Origin: Octopus sinensis | Taxonomy: Eukaryota | Assembly: GCF_006345805.1 (NCBI RefSeq) | Contig: NC_042997.1 | Span: forward strand, 194,122,001 to 194,186,000 | Reading direction: 5' to 3' | DNA length: 64,000 bases | Shown here: positions 38,438 through 51,424 of the stretch, piece by piece | Layout: every line of letters starts with the position of its first letter | How positions within the stretch are numbered: position 1 is the first letter of the stretch | Translations under genes and position numbers: made by a program | The notes under the pieces: generated by a model | What the model saw: only the letters and a program-made list of their open reading frames with translations | Database searches by the model: none | Told to the model about the DNA's origin: nothing

Positions 38438-39043
38438 TCTTCGTTTCCCGAACCCTTCTCTCTCTCTCTCTTTCTCTCACACTCACTAGGCTATAAATCC
38501 CATGAGAGTATCATATGTAAACAAATAAAACGGAGAATATAAGGCAAACTCATAGTATACTAACAGTACCATAGTGTCGAAGAATTAACCAAGGATTGTT
38601 TGTCGATCTGATGACGCAAAGAAAGAAAGAAAATACTGGGTGACTTAATCCACATACTTTTGACTCACAATGTTTGATTTTGAGTACTCGTGTTAGCAAT
38701 CCTGTGAAGAATAGCGATTGTTCTTGAATAAGAAGTGAGCTTTGTCAAGGCGAGGAGACAACTACGCGGAATGAATTCACGGTTGAATAAGTTTTCTCAT
38801 AACGTTTACTAATACTCCTTTACAAAGAAATTTCATCCTCCAGCAATATATTCACACCATAGTTTTTTTTTCCCATGATGTGTAGAACCTAAACAAATAT
38901 ATTTCCACGTAATTCAGTCTTTTTATTGTTCTCGTTTTGTTGTTGCTGTTTAACTTCCAAGTCAGCTCTGACTCAGCAGATCTATGATCAAAGATATCAC
39001 AATCGTGAGCCCAACCCTTCCTGTATTTTTGGGTACCAGACAC

Positions 39044-39235
39044 TAAGAGGGGGTGCTGAAAAGTACATGGCCTTGGGTAAAAGAAAAATACAGGAGGATC
39101 AGTTAATTATGATTTTATTCAATATATTCCTCTCTTAGATTCACAAACTTATTGCAGTGGTCCTTCAGTTTTTCTAAGCCCTCTAAAAGAACTCAGAAGG
39201 TTGGCTTCCAACAAGGCCTTTCACGATACTCTTGT
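39044..39235. mobile_element. Mariner-type MITE (degenerate; family of 59345)
   Basis: taagagggggtgctgaaaag terminus; interior collinear with 59345-59568. Confidence 0.8.
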
Positions 39236-39554
39236 AACAGGATGAAAGGTCTGTAACACTTGAAGGCTGCAGGTCTCATCCCTTACATTAAATTATTTGT
39301 CGAAAGTAAAAGCCAACATTTCGAATATTTTCAACGACATAAATATATTTATTTTCTGGATTCGCAATAATATAGATATATATTTTGTCCTTCAGGGCGA
39401 ACCGGTAGCCATGGAGCTAGTCACAGTAGTTAAATGTTGTGAGCCAAATCCTGTTCCGTTCCAGCGTAGTGTAGCTTCGCCACGTGGTGGCTGCTTGGTA
39501 GAGCTATGAGGACGCGTCCGTTCAATTCGGTGTCAGCTTCGAGAGAGAGATCGA

Positions 39555-39650
39555 TACACGGGAAGTTTTGCTGCTGGTAGTTCTCTGCGCATGCGCATGA
39601 GGAAAATTCCGGCGGCCTCCCGGAAGAAATCCAACTCTGCGCATGCGCAC
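39555..39650. promoter_or_regulatory. Two perfect TGCGCATGCGCA (NRF1-type) sites plus ETS-like CCGGAA cores
   Basis: 39586-39597 and 39638-39649; ccggaag at 39620-39626; locally CpG-rich. Function is inferred only. Confidence 0.35.
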
Positions 39651-39962
39651 TTTCGAGACAATACTTCTTGATACACCAAACATTTCAGCTGTTTTCGTTA
39701 CGCTGGCACCTACCATAAGAGCACCAACAATCTGACCTCTTTGAAAGTCCGATAGATCTGTGATTTTAATGAATTTTAATTACCTTTTTCTGGTGACATC
39801 TGAAAAGAAACAACAAATTTAGCAAAACATATTAAGCAACACTAATAATAAATAAATAAAAACATAAAAATAAACAAGCTTTTGACGGTTTTATAGATAT
39901 TTCAATTCAAAATTATGATGCTATGATGCGAGGTGTTTCCATTATTTTGTCCAACCCCTGTA
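39650..39962 (-). mobile_element. Tc1 transposon 5' end (TIR plus N-terminal HTH remnant)
   Basis: TA-CAGGGGTTGGACAAAATAATGGAAACACC TIR; DLSDFQRGQIVGALMVGASVTKTAEMFGVSRSIVSKV. Confidence 0.9.
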
Positions 39963-39987
39963 TATAGGCGAGTATATATATATATGT

Positions 39988-40029
<42 letters not shown>

Positions 40030-40113
40030 TGTGTGTGTGTTGTGTGTGTGTGTGTTAATGTTTATCCTTTAACTAACGCAATATACTTAATGATATTCTT
40101 TCTTTCCTTCCAG

Positions 40114-40230
40114 CCGATGGTGTCCTTATTTCCGAAGCCGTTTGATGCCATGTTTGGAAGTTAGTGGACATGAAACTTACCTATCGAGGAATTGGCACCA
40201 CTGCACTGGCTATAGATGTGCTAAATATAA
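40114..40230 (+). CDS. Internal coding exon of an EMI-domain protein (EMILIN/EMID-type spacing), N-terminal half of the domain
   Basis: Branch-like ACTAAC at 40072-40077, acceptor ttctttctttccttccag, donor AA/gtaagt; 117 nt, phase 2-2; 40115-40228 reads RWCPYFRSRLMPCLEVSGHETYLSRNWHHCTGYRCAKY = C-x-Y-x3-R-x3-C-x4-G-x-E-T-Y-x4-W-x2-C-x4-C; the other two frames contain stops. Confidence 0.88.
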
Positions 40231-40254
40231 GTAAGTATTACCCTCTTAATAAGG

Positions 40255-40289
<35 letters not shown>

Positions 40290-40294
40290 ACACC

Positions 40295-40344
<50 letters not shown>

Positions 40345-40811
40345 TATCATCGTTATCCTCATCGTCGTCGTTTTCGTCATTGTCATCATCATCAGCATCA
40401 ACAACACAATCAAAGTCATCGTGAAAAGCGTCATCATCGTCGTCACATCCAACGTCGCCGTCGTCCTCATCATGGCATTTATCACCGTTGTTATCGTCAT
40501 CATCAGCATCATCATCATCAACATCGTCATCGTCGTCATCGACATCATCATCATCACCATCATCATCAACAACAACAACAACTACATCAACACCATTGCC
40601 ACTGATATCATCATTATCATTACCAACATCATCATCGTCACATTCATCATCATCATCATCATCATCATCATACTCAACCCAAACGATTAATATTATAATG
40701 GTGTCCATTTTTATAATTATTGTTCCTTTATTTTTTAATGTCATTATTATTCTTATTAATCTTATTCCTATAATTATTATTATTATTATTATTATTATTG
40801 TAGTTGTTGTT

Positions 40812-40870
<59 letters not shown>
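40255..40870. repeat. (CAT)n, (ATT)n and (TAG)n arrays just downstream of the EMI exon donor
   Basis: Directly visible; explains the poly-D/M/S ORFs. Confidence 0.95.
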
Positions 40871-40871
<1 letters not shown>

Positions 40872-41062
40872 AGGAAGCAGCAGTAGCAATAGTGTAAAAC
40901 GCCGTTAACGGCGATGGTTGCGTCACGTGGCTAGATGGCGTTGAGCCCTACACACGACGCCATTTATGTCGCTATGAATGAAGTAGTGCAAGTCACGTCA
41001 AGATTTTTGCTATGGGAACGTTTTTAATTTCATATTATTTCAGTTTATTTTACAAAAAGAAA

Positions 41063-41566
41063 TACCGTAAATCCTCCAGTATAGTCTGCCCTTGAGGGGA
41101 TTTTTAGGGGGCTATACCTCTGAAAAACCTAAACCTTGTGTATAATACGCACCCTTTGTCTAACTTTAGTCAAGGAGGTCTATATAACGTCCTTGGTTTG
41201 TAAAACTGTATACAGTAATGTCTTTTATTATTATTGTATATATAACATAATGCAAACGTGTAGCTTTTTTGTGCCTTTTGTTTGCAGAAAATAAGGAACT
41301 AACAGTAATAACGTTTAATAAATGTTGCTTACTGCAAGTTATGGATGATTCTTTTATGACTTCATTGCTTTCAGGCTTAGCTTAAGGTATTTTCGCGCAC
41401 GACATCACAAAATGCGTCTGAATAAACATTGCCGGACAGCAAATAGAGACTCGGACATTGCTTAGAAAATATTTTTCATTTTTAACCTCGTATATAGTAC
41501 ACACTAGGGATTTTGACCTTTAAATTTTGGGGAAAAGATGCGGATTATACTCGAGGATTTACGGTA
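41063..41566. mobile_element. TA-flanked pogo/Tc-type MITE
   Basis: taccgtaaatcctccagtatagtctgc versus gcggattatactcgaggatttacggta. Confidence 0.85.
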
Positions 41567-42059
41567 GTCGTTGCCTGATCAAAATACGATATTGTTGGGA
41601 GTTTGAATGAAATGATTGGGCACTGCTGTTTGGTCGCTTATGATTTGGCACGACTGACTGGATATTCAACATGTTTTGGCGACGGTGCTTTCCTTGGCAC
41701 TGGAGGCACACACGCACGCGTGCACACTCACACATTTATATGCACACGCACATATATACACATACAGATAGAGAGAGGGGGAGAGAGGGAGAGGGAGTGA
41801 GTTGCATGACAAGCTTATTAATTGTACACAATTATCGTAAACAATTTCTCGCTCAGCATACGCATAAGGAAATGTGCTGAAACACGTAAAGAGAGTAAGA
41901 GAAAGAGAGGGGGAGTGAACGAGAGAAAGATTGAAACGTCTGATGTCAAATAAGTCAGCCAAAACGACTGAGCCAAAACGTTTCATATCCGTTTAGGGTA
42001 TAAAACTCGGAGGTGGTCGGCTCAGTATTGAAAGAAATAAACCATCAGGTCTGTCCTAA

Positions 42060-42880
42060 CAGTGGGGAATATCGAAACCATAAGACGCTTTACTGTAAAC
42101 AGTCGTTCTTTTTCTATGTCGGAGCGTAACACTGCACCAACTATTTCAGGTCGCAGTCTGCGAAAGATATTGTAACTTGATTTGGATTATGGTGGTGGAA
42201 GAAATATTTCAACGTGATAGGTAAGACCGGAAAAAACATTGGAAGAAAAAAAACATGATTGCAATGTGGATGTACGACATGATTTCTCAAGAGTGACGAG
42301 GCGTATTTCCATCTGTCTGGTTGTGTAATTAAGCAAAACTGTTATTGGTCGAAAGCAATCTACACTAACCTTTGTGAACGTCCCCCGTTCAATATGAACG
42401 TGTAACAGAGTCGTGCTGTGTGACAAACTTCAGTATGAAAGACCCATTTTTTTTTTAGAGGGCAGACATAGAATAACAGAGTTATGATCGCTATGAGTTC
42501 ATGTTACCCAACTTCCTTTTTTCGAAAATTCAACAGACGTGGCATTTAATACACGGCATGCATGCTTTCAACACATCGGATTGACCGCCCATCGAGCCAA
42601 ACCTTCCGTGGACGTTATTAAAGAAATGTTTACAGACCATATCATTTCTCAGCAAGTGACATTTCAAGGCCTTCACAAACGCCTGACCTTTCGGTTTGTA
42701 ATCATTTCCTTTGGGGGCTCTCTCAAAGAGAAAACGTACGCCAACTAACCACACACACCGGAAAAACCCAAAAGTTGCTACTCGTCAAAAAATTACGGAA
42801 ATATTTCTAGACATGGTGCGACACACAATGCAGAAATTCCAGGTTAGGTTATATAAGACGAATTGTCTGAATGTCGTTAG
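42060..42880 (+). mobile_element. Tc1/mariner-superfamily transposase remnant (rosa/DD41D-like)
   Basis: GRSLRKIL*LDL...; FQHIGLTAHRAKPSVDVIKEMFTDHIIS...GSLKEKTYAN*PHT...KVATRQKI...MVRHTMQKFQVRL. Confidence 0.7.
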
Positions 42881-42928
42881 TTTAAATACTACCCCCCTTC
42901 TCTCTCTTACTACGAACGTTTATGACGT

Positions 42929-42995
<67 letters not shown>

Positions 42996-43112
42996 TGTAT
43001 GTATGTATTCCCTATTCCTCTTTCTCTTTCTGTAAAGTTAATAATTTAATTTAATGTGACTGTGTTCATTTAAAACCGAAAGGCTTTTTTCTGCCAAACC
43101 CTGTACATATAC

Positions 43113-43164
<52 letters not shown>

Positions 43165-43170
43165 TTACGT

Positions 43171-43573
43171 ATTGGTTTCAAATTTGTTACATAGCCAGCA
43201 ATCTCAGGGGTGGAAGTAAGTCGATTACATCGACTCCAGTGCTCAACTGGTACTTATTTTATCGACCCCGAAAGGATGAAACGCACAGTCGACCTCGGCG
43301 GAAGTTGAACTCAGATCTTAAGGACGGACGAAATACCTATTTCTATTTCTTTACTACCCACAAGGGGCTAAACACAGACAGGACAAACAAGGACAGACCA
43401 ACGGATTAAGTCGATTATATCGACCCCAGTGCGTAACTGTACTTATTTAATCGACCACGAAAGGATGAAAGGCAAAGTCGACCTCAGCGGAATTTGAACT
43501 CAGAACGTAAGGACGGACGAAATACCGCTAAGCATTTCGTCCGGCGTGCTAACGATTCTGCCAGCTCGCCGCT
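43171..43573 (-). mobile_element. SINE family A dimer
   Basis: Reverse complement of head plus two bodies. Confidence 0.9.
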
Positions 43574-43821
43574 TTAATCCGTAATAATAATGGCTGTTTT
43601 TATATTGTTTTCATTATAAAACCTTATATTAAGTTTTTATTATAAAAACAATTTTACATTGAGCTGAAGGATTACTCAATATCTTTTGTAGATACAAATT
43701 TATTATTCTTCAAAAATAATGTTTGATAGTGACTTCGAAAGATGGCTAAGCTGGTCGAAACTTCGAAGTCCCTGTCGATATTATTCTTGTTAAAAAATGA
43801 TAAATATGTATTATTTATTAT

Positions 43822-44222
43822 AGGAGTGGCGTAAGAGTGGCTGTGTGGTAAGTAGCTTGCTTACGAACCACATGGTTCCGGGTTCAGTCCCACTGCGTGG
43901 CATCTTGGGCAAGTGTCTTCTACTATAGCCTCGGGCCGACCAAAGCCTTGTGAGTGGATTTGGTAGACGAAAACTGAAAGAAACCCGTCGTATATATGTA
44001 TGTATGTGTGTGTATATGTTTGTGTGTTGTGTTTGTCCCCGCCAACATCGCTTGACAACCGATGCTGGTGTGTTTACGTCCCTGTAACTTAGCGGTTCGG
44101 CAAAAGAGACCAATAGAATAAATACTAGGCTTACAAAGAATAAGTCCTGGGGTCGATTTGCTCGACTAAAGGCGGTGCTCCAGCATGGCCACAGTCAAAT
44201 GACTGAAACAAGTAAAAGAGTT
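43822..44222 (+). mobile_element. Full-length SINE family B
   Basis: Complete copy. Confidence 0.93.
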
Positions 44223-44891
44223 AGAAGAGAGTTATGTATGTATATATAGATAGACAGACAGAAAGAGAGGAGGAGAGAGAGAGATAAATTCCTCTGTGTG
44301 TATGTGTGTGTACGTGTGTGCGTATGTGAGAGAGAGAGGGGGTGGGAGTTTACTTCCACACAGATTGTCCGGTTGCCATCTGGCCTGTTATTCTTTGTTC
44401 TAATTGAACAACTGAAATAATAGTTTTATTGTCGGTTGTTACTACAGCTACAAGACAGGTAACGCCCCTTAGTGTAGCCATGTCTTGATACTCAGACGAA
44501 GAGTTCAGACCCTTATGAGTAGCTCCCTAATCGATTCTCCGCCTGCTTCCGGTAGCAGGAGTGACTGCTGTAGACCCAGTTCTGACATAAACTTTCACCT
44601 TGTTACCATCAGACACGTCGGCGCCAATACCCGGTGGTCCTTCATCTGCTCTTCCTCTGCCCATGGAGTACACGGATTTCCTGTAATTCAAAAGACAAGT
44701 CTTGTCACACACTGTGTTTGCACTGAATCTGCTTGGGGATTACGTAAAAAGGCACAATTGTCTGCGAAGTACTCAGAAATTCACAAGACAATTCTAAGAA
44801 AACTAGGTACATAGTAATTACCGTGTCGAGTTGTAGGACTCACAGTGCCAGTTACCCGGCTTCCAGGGAGTGGAAGTAACCGAGATCACAT

Positions 44892-45130
44892 ACCTATTTT
44901 TTTTACTACCCACAAGGGGTTAAACACAGAGGGGACAAACAAGGACAGACAAACGGATTAAGTCGATTACATCGACGCCAGTACCTAACTGGTGCTTAAT
45001 TTATCGACCCCGAAAGGATGAAGGGCAAAGTCGACCTCGGCGGAATTTGAACTCAGAACGTAACGGCAGACGAAATACGGCTACGCATTTCGCCCGGCGT
45101 GCTAACGTTTCTGCCAGCTCGCCGCCTTAA
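44892..45130 (-). mobile_element. SINE family A
   Basis: Near-consensus reverse-complement copy. Confidence 0.9.
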
Positions 45131-45464
45131 TCACCTAGACATTGTTTTATCTTTTACCTGTTGCATACCCTCTGAAGGGACGCCAGTCTGCCGCAGGATT
45201 ACTCATTTACAGCTAGGTGGACCGAAGCAGTGTGAAATGAGGTGTTTTGCTCAAGAACACAACTCGATGCCTGCTCCGGAAATCGAAACCACAAACTTGC
45301 GATTGTGAGTGCAACATCCTAACCAGTAGGCCACACATCTTCACTCAGAGAGATAGAAGCAGAGTGCAGTTGCCGGTGTGTTGAAGACTGTCAAATGGAC
45401 TCTTCCTGTCATTCAACCAGCTTTATCACCTTACGCTTTGTTACATGGGGTCTACTAGACAAAT

Positions 45465-45863
45465 AATTCTTTTCTACTCAGGGCACAAGGCACAAAATTT
45501 GGGGGAAGGGGGCCCGTCGATTAGATCAACCCCGGTATGCAACTAGTACTTAATTTATCGACCTTGAAAGGATAAAAGGCAAAGACGACTTCGGCGGCAT
45601 TTGAACTCAGGACGTAAAGACAGACGAAATACCTATTTCTTTACTACCCACAAGGGGCTAAACACAGAGAGGACAAACAAAGACAGACAAATGGATTAAG
45701 TCGATTACATCGACTCCAGTGCGTAACTGATACTTATTTAATCGACCCCGAAAGGATGAAAGGCAAAGTCGACCTCGGCGGAATTTGAACTCAGAACGCA
45801 TCGGCAGACGAAATACCTCTAAGCATTTCGCCCGGCGTGTTAACGTTTCTGCCAGCTCGCCGC
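45465..45863 (-). mobile_element. SINE family A dimer
   Basis: Same layout as 18579-18975 in reverse. Confidence 0.9.
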
Positions 45864-46499
45864 GTTCTACTAGATGAATAATTAAAGATACAAATGTATG
45901 TGGAATGAACAAGTGGAGGCGCGTGGCTTAGTCGTTAGTGTGTTGGACTCGTGATCGTAAGATTGTGGTTTCGATTCCTGGACTGGGCAATGCGTTGTAT
46001 TTTTGAGCAAAACACTTCATTTCACATTGTTCCAATCCTCTCATTGGCAAAAATAAGTAATCATGCGATGGAATGGAACCTCGTCCAGAATAGGTGGTGT
46101 ATATACACGTGTGAATCCGTAAAAATGGTCCAGTGAGTCTATATGACACGGAAAGAATACTCAACCACTTGTTAAATATTTCATCTTTTAGTCTGGAGGA
46201 AAGGGCGCGTCAATGGCCCTTTACAGAGCCTCCGATACTAGAGGGAGAGAGACACACGGAGAAACGCATGTTGCACAATACTGGATTAAACATTAAGGAA
46301 AATAAACCTGTGCTTCGGACATCAAAGAGAAAGAGGCACCAAAGAAATAATAAATGGTTTACGGCACAAAATAAATCAGGTTAAACTTTCTAAGATAATA
46401 TTCAGGATGTCTTATCTGCTAAGAATAGAAGCGGATGTGTTACATAAGATTAATTTTGAGGATCTGATCAAAAACTTCACAGTTAAAAAAAGTGGAAGA

Positions 46500-46992
46500 C
46501 TCTTTACTCTTTTACTTGTTTCAGTCATTTGACTGTGGCCATGCTGGAGCACCGCCTTTTAGTCGAGCAAATCCACCCCAGGACTTATTCTAACGGTCTC
46601 TTTTGCCGAACCGCTAAGTTACGGAGACGTAAACACACCACCATCAGTTGTCAAGCGTTGTTGGGGGGACAAACACAGACTCACAAACATATACACACAC
46701 ATACATAATACATACATGCATGCATGCATACATACATACATGCATGCATGCATGCATACATGCATGCATACATACATGCATACATACATGCATGCATACA
46801 TACATGCATACATACATACATACATGTATACGACGGGCTTCTTTCAGTTTCTGTCTACCAAATCCACTCACAAGGCATTGGTCGGCCCGAGGCTATAGTA
46901 GAAGTCACTTGACCAAGGTGTCACGCAGTGTGACTGAACTCGAAACCATGTGGTTCGTAAGCAGGTTACTTACCACACAGCCACTCCTACGC
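46500..46992 (-). mobile_element. Full-length SINE family B with expanded internal CATA/TGCA repeat
   Basis: Complete reverse-complement copy. Confidence 0.92.
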
Positions 46993-47937
46993 CTATTAAT
47001 AAAGTATACAAAAGCATACAAAAATAAACTCTCTCATGCACGAAATGTCAATTCCTAAAAAGCATTCGTGAAGTAAAATTATGTAGCAACACCAAATGGC
47101 GGTGCCTCAGTATGGCCACAACTTGTGAGCTGAAACTAGATAAAAAAAAAAATTTCTTTTAATTATTTTTCCTTTTACTGTTGGTTTTATTTAATTTTGA
47201 AAAATAAAAATTATTTTATGGTTTACTATTTTTTATATTTTAAATAATATATATATGGTGGCGCCAACATTTTTTTAAGTGGTTAGGTCCTCTCAAGTTC
47301 TTAATCTGGCCCTGGTGTTACAGAACGGACTTCGCTAAAGGCACCTTGATACCAAGTGTCGTTTTTAAACCGGGTGACTTAATCCGCCACCCCGTTCAAA
47401 TTCTATACTGGGATTTGAACTCAGAACTCAAAGAGCCAAAAGAAATACCACCACCACCACCTCCATCACCACCAAGCATTCAACCCGACTGTTGTCATAG
47501 TTTCACCAACCTACCGCATTCGATTGGTAGTATTTTATCGATCACAAAAGAATAGAAAGCAAAGTTGGCCTCATCTGTATTTGAAATCGGAGAATAGAGA
47601 CTTGGAACAAATACCACTAGGCATGTTATTGAACGCTCTATCGATTATTACCAATTTGCTGCCTAATATAACGGGTTGATGGCTCGGTTGATCTACAACA
47701 CATCGTCGAAACCGACTTGAAACCAATCAAAAGGATTAATCTTATCTGTCTTTTTATTTCATGATCAAGCTATGATCGATTAATAAATTATATACTATAC
47801 ACATGCACGCACACACACACATACACACACATACATACACACACATGCATATGTGTATACATATATGGTTATATATTTATATATTTTTTTTATATATATG
47901 TATATATATTATGTGCGTGTGTTGATAGATAGATAGC

Positions 47938-48027
<90 letters not shown>

Positions 48028-48082
48028 TTTCATTTTTGGATTTGGTTTACAAGATTCTTTATGCAAGTTCGTGTGTTGAAGC

Positions 48083-48280
48083 ATATTCTGTTGCGTCTGG
48101 GCAGAGTCATTTTCTTTTTGGGCTTTACAATTTAACACGCTCAAGACTATTGAAAAGGTTGCAAGACGCAACGAAAATTTTAGGAAAATAAAAATAAGGA
48201 ATAACCGGAAATTTTGCCGGTGAGTGTGTTAAATTGTAAAGCACAAGAAGAAAATGACTCTCCCCAGACACAACAGATAT
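48083..48280. mobile_element. MITE (family of 5408 and 26105), internally deleted
   Basis: atattctgttgcgtctggg versus ccccagacacaacagatat. Confidence 0.82.
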
Positions 48281-48920
48281 ATATATATATTTATACACAC
48301 ATGCATACAAACCAGTGCATCATGAAGTGGGCGGTACCGACTACGGGTCGAGGAGAGTGTAGAATTTTGCATGAGTACTGAAGACAAAATGTACTGTAGA
48401 GGTCCCCAGATATTTACTTTTAAGGTTTGTCTCTTATTCAATATTAACTTTATAAAAAGTAAATTTATTAAGGGAAACTGCCTGCAGCTATAATCACAGC
48501 AAAGATGATAATAACAACAATGACAACACCAACGAAACACCGGAAATGTTTATATTATTAGAGTTGCTTCTAGTTCAAAATTTAATTTTGTTTTACTTGT
48601 GCAGCGCTGCTGCACATCAGCAGATAGATTTCACGCTATCTGCGTATATTCCTCAGACCAGCGATTCGAATTCGTTTCGAGGTGACTTGGGTGTATGTGC
48701 CGATGAGTTGAAATAACAGCGTAATATTGATAACCACTGTTCTCACTGGTTATTCGTTTCGTCTGGTTTTGAGTTATTCAATGCTTCTGTTTTTTTTTTC
48801 TTGTGTTTACACACGACGACTTAAAGGGATTTTCCATGAACGATATTCCGCAGCCAATGAACGAATGAACAAAACATACACATGAAGTATGTTACATCAG
48901 TAATATTTAAACTGATAGTA

Positions 48921-49590
48921 CGGTGGCGAGCTGGCAGAATCGTTAGCACGCCGGGCGAAATGCTTTGCGGTACTTCGTCTGCCGCTACGTTCTGAGTTCA
49001 AATTCCGCCGAGGTCAATTTTGCCTTTCATCCTTTCGGGGTCGATTATATAAGTACCAGTTACGCACTGGAGTCGATATAATCGACTTAATCCCTTTGTC
49101 TGTCCTTGTTTGTCCCCTCAGTGTGTAGCCCCTTGTGGGCAATAAAGAAATAAGAAACGTTAGCCCACCTGGCGAAATGCTTAGCGATATCTCGTCTGTC
49201 TTTACGATCTGAGTTCAAATTCCACCGAGGATGACTTTGCCTTTCATCCTTTCGGGGTCGATTATATAAGTACCAGTTACGCACTGGAGTCGATATAATC
49301 GACTTAATCCCTTTGTCTGTCCTTGTTTGTCCCCTCAGTGTGTAGCCCCTTGTGGGCAATAAAGAAATAAGAAACGTTAGCCCACCTGGCGAAATGCTTA
49401 GCGATATCTCGTCTGTCTTTACGATCTGAGTTCAAATTCCACTGAGGATGACTTTGCCTTTCATCCTTTCGGGGTCGATTAAATAAGTACCGGTTACGCA
49501 CTGGGGTCGATGTAATCGACTTAATCCATTTGCCTCTCCTTGTTTGTCTCCTCTATGTTTAGTTCCCTGTGGGCAATAAAGAAATGAATA
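48921..49590 (+). mobile_element. SINE family A trimer, 217-bp period
   Basis: Units restart at agaaacgttag at 49153 and 49370; units 2 and 3 share private variants (ttagcccacctgg, gatatctcg). Confidence 0.92.
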
Positions 49591-49687
49591 TTTAAACTGA
49601 CAGTGAGAATTTACACAAAAAAAGGCGAAGACGGGTATGTAAACAACAAGCAGGTGTATTAGTTTAACGCTCGGGAACTGTGAAAGT

Positions 49688-49718
49688 CTTTTACGTTTCG
49701 AGCCTACGCTCTTCGACA
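49688..49718 (-). ncRNA. Hammerhead-like motif with variant core, 5' stem I lost
   Basis: (a)UGUCGA-a-GAGC-guag-GCUC-GAA-ACGU-A-aaag. Confidence 0.45.
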
Positions 49719-49739
49719 TGCATGTATATATTTTAGATC

Positions 49740-49787
<48 letters not shown>

Positions 49788-49790
49788 GTA

Positions 49791-49842
<52 letters not shown>

Positions 49843-49872
49843 ATATATATATACATATATATATAATCTATA

Positions 49873-49904
<32 letters not shown>

Positions 49905-50112
49905 CATAGATTATATATATGTATATATATATATAGTAAGAGAGAGAGAGAGAAAGACACATACACACACACGAAACATAAACATACATTCATACATATA
50001 TACATATACATACACATTACACGCAAATACATGCATAAACATCGTATATGTGTATGTGTGTGTGCATCGCGCGCGCTGGCGCGTGCGCGCACATCTCTCC
50101 CTCTGTTTGTCT

Positions 50113-50207
50113 GAGTGTATGTATGTATGTATGTCTATGTACGTATGTATGTATGTATGTAATGTATATATGTTGTATGTATGTATGTATGTATATATGT
50201 ATGTATG

Positions 50208-50241
<34 letters not shown>

Positions 50242-50286
50242 TGTATGTATGTATGTATTGTATGTATGTATGTCTATGTATGTATG

Positions 50287-50343
<57 letters not shown>

Positions 50344-50386
50344 TGTTGTATGTATGTATGGTATGTATGTATATATGTATGTATGT

Positions 50387-50418
<32 letters not shown>

Positions 50419-50422
50419 TGTC

Positions 50423-50453
<31 letters not shown>

Positions 50454-50497
50454 TATGTATGTATTATGTATGTATGTAATGTATATATGTATGTATG

Positions 50498-50536
<39 letters not shown>

Positions 50537-51130
50537 TGTTGTATGTATGTATATATGTATGTATGTATATATGTATGTATGTATGTAGTATGTATGTCTA
50601 TGTACGTATGTATGTAGGTATATATGTATGTATGTCTGTATGTATGTATGTTATGTATATATGTATGTATGTATATATGTATGTATGTATGTATGTTATG
50701 TATGTATGTATATATGTATGTATGTATGTATGTATATATGTATGTATGTATGTATGTATATTATGTATGTATGTATGTATGTATGTATGTATATATGTAT
50801 GTATGTATGTATGTTGTATGTATATATGTATGTATGTATGTATGTTATATGTATGTATATATGTATGTATGTATGTATGTATATATGTATGTAGTATGTA
50901 TGTTATGTATGTATGTATGTATGTATATGTATAATGTATGTATTATGTATGTATGTATGTGTATGTATGTATATAGTATGTATGTATATGTATGTATGTA
51001 TATATGTATGTATGTATATATGTATGTATGTAGTATGTATATATGTATGTATGTATGATGTATGTATATATGTATGTATGTATATATGTATGTATTATGT
51101 ATGTATGTATGTATTATGTATGTATGTATG

Positions 51131-51164
<34 letters not shown>

Positions 51165-51182
51165 TGTATGTATGTATGTATG

Positions 51183-51216
<34 letters not shown>

Positions 51217-51262
51217 TGTATATATGTATGTATGTATGTATGTATATATGTATGTATGTATG

Positions 51263-51324
<62 letters not shown>

Positions 51325-51390
51325 TATATGTATGTATGTATGTATGTATATATGTATGTATGTATGTATGTATATATGTATGTATGTATG

Positions 51391-51424
<34 letters not shown>

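Noticed and set aside
43725-43776. Plus-strand hammerhead
   Set aside because: GAAA, palindromic stem III and GUC are present but the CUGANGA core is not; at best a dead relic
44448-44458. 11-nt micro-exon encoding YKT as the next EMI exon
   Set aside because: It would skip the expected Y-R...R-P-x-Y segment, and both splice sites are weak; likely chance
44590-44685. BIR-like motif PWAEEEQMKDHRVLAPTC on the minus strand
   Set aside because: W-to-H spacing is one residue short and the other zinc ligands are absent
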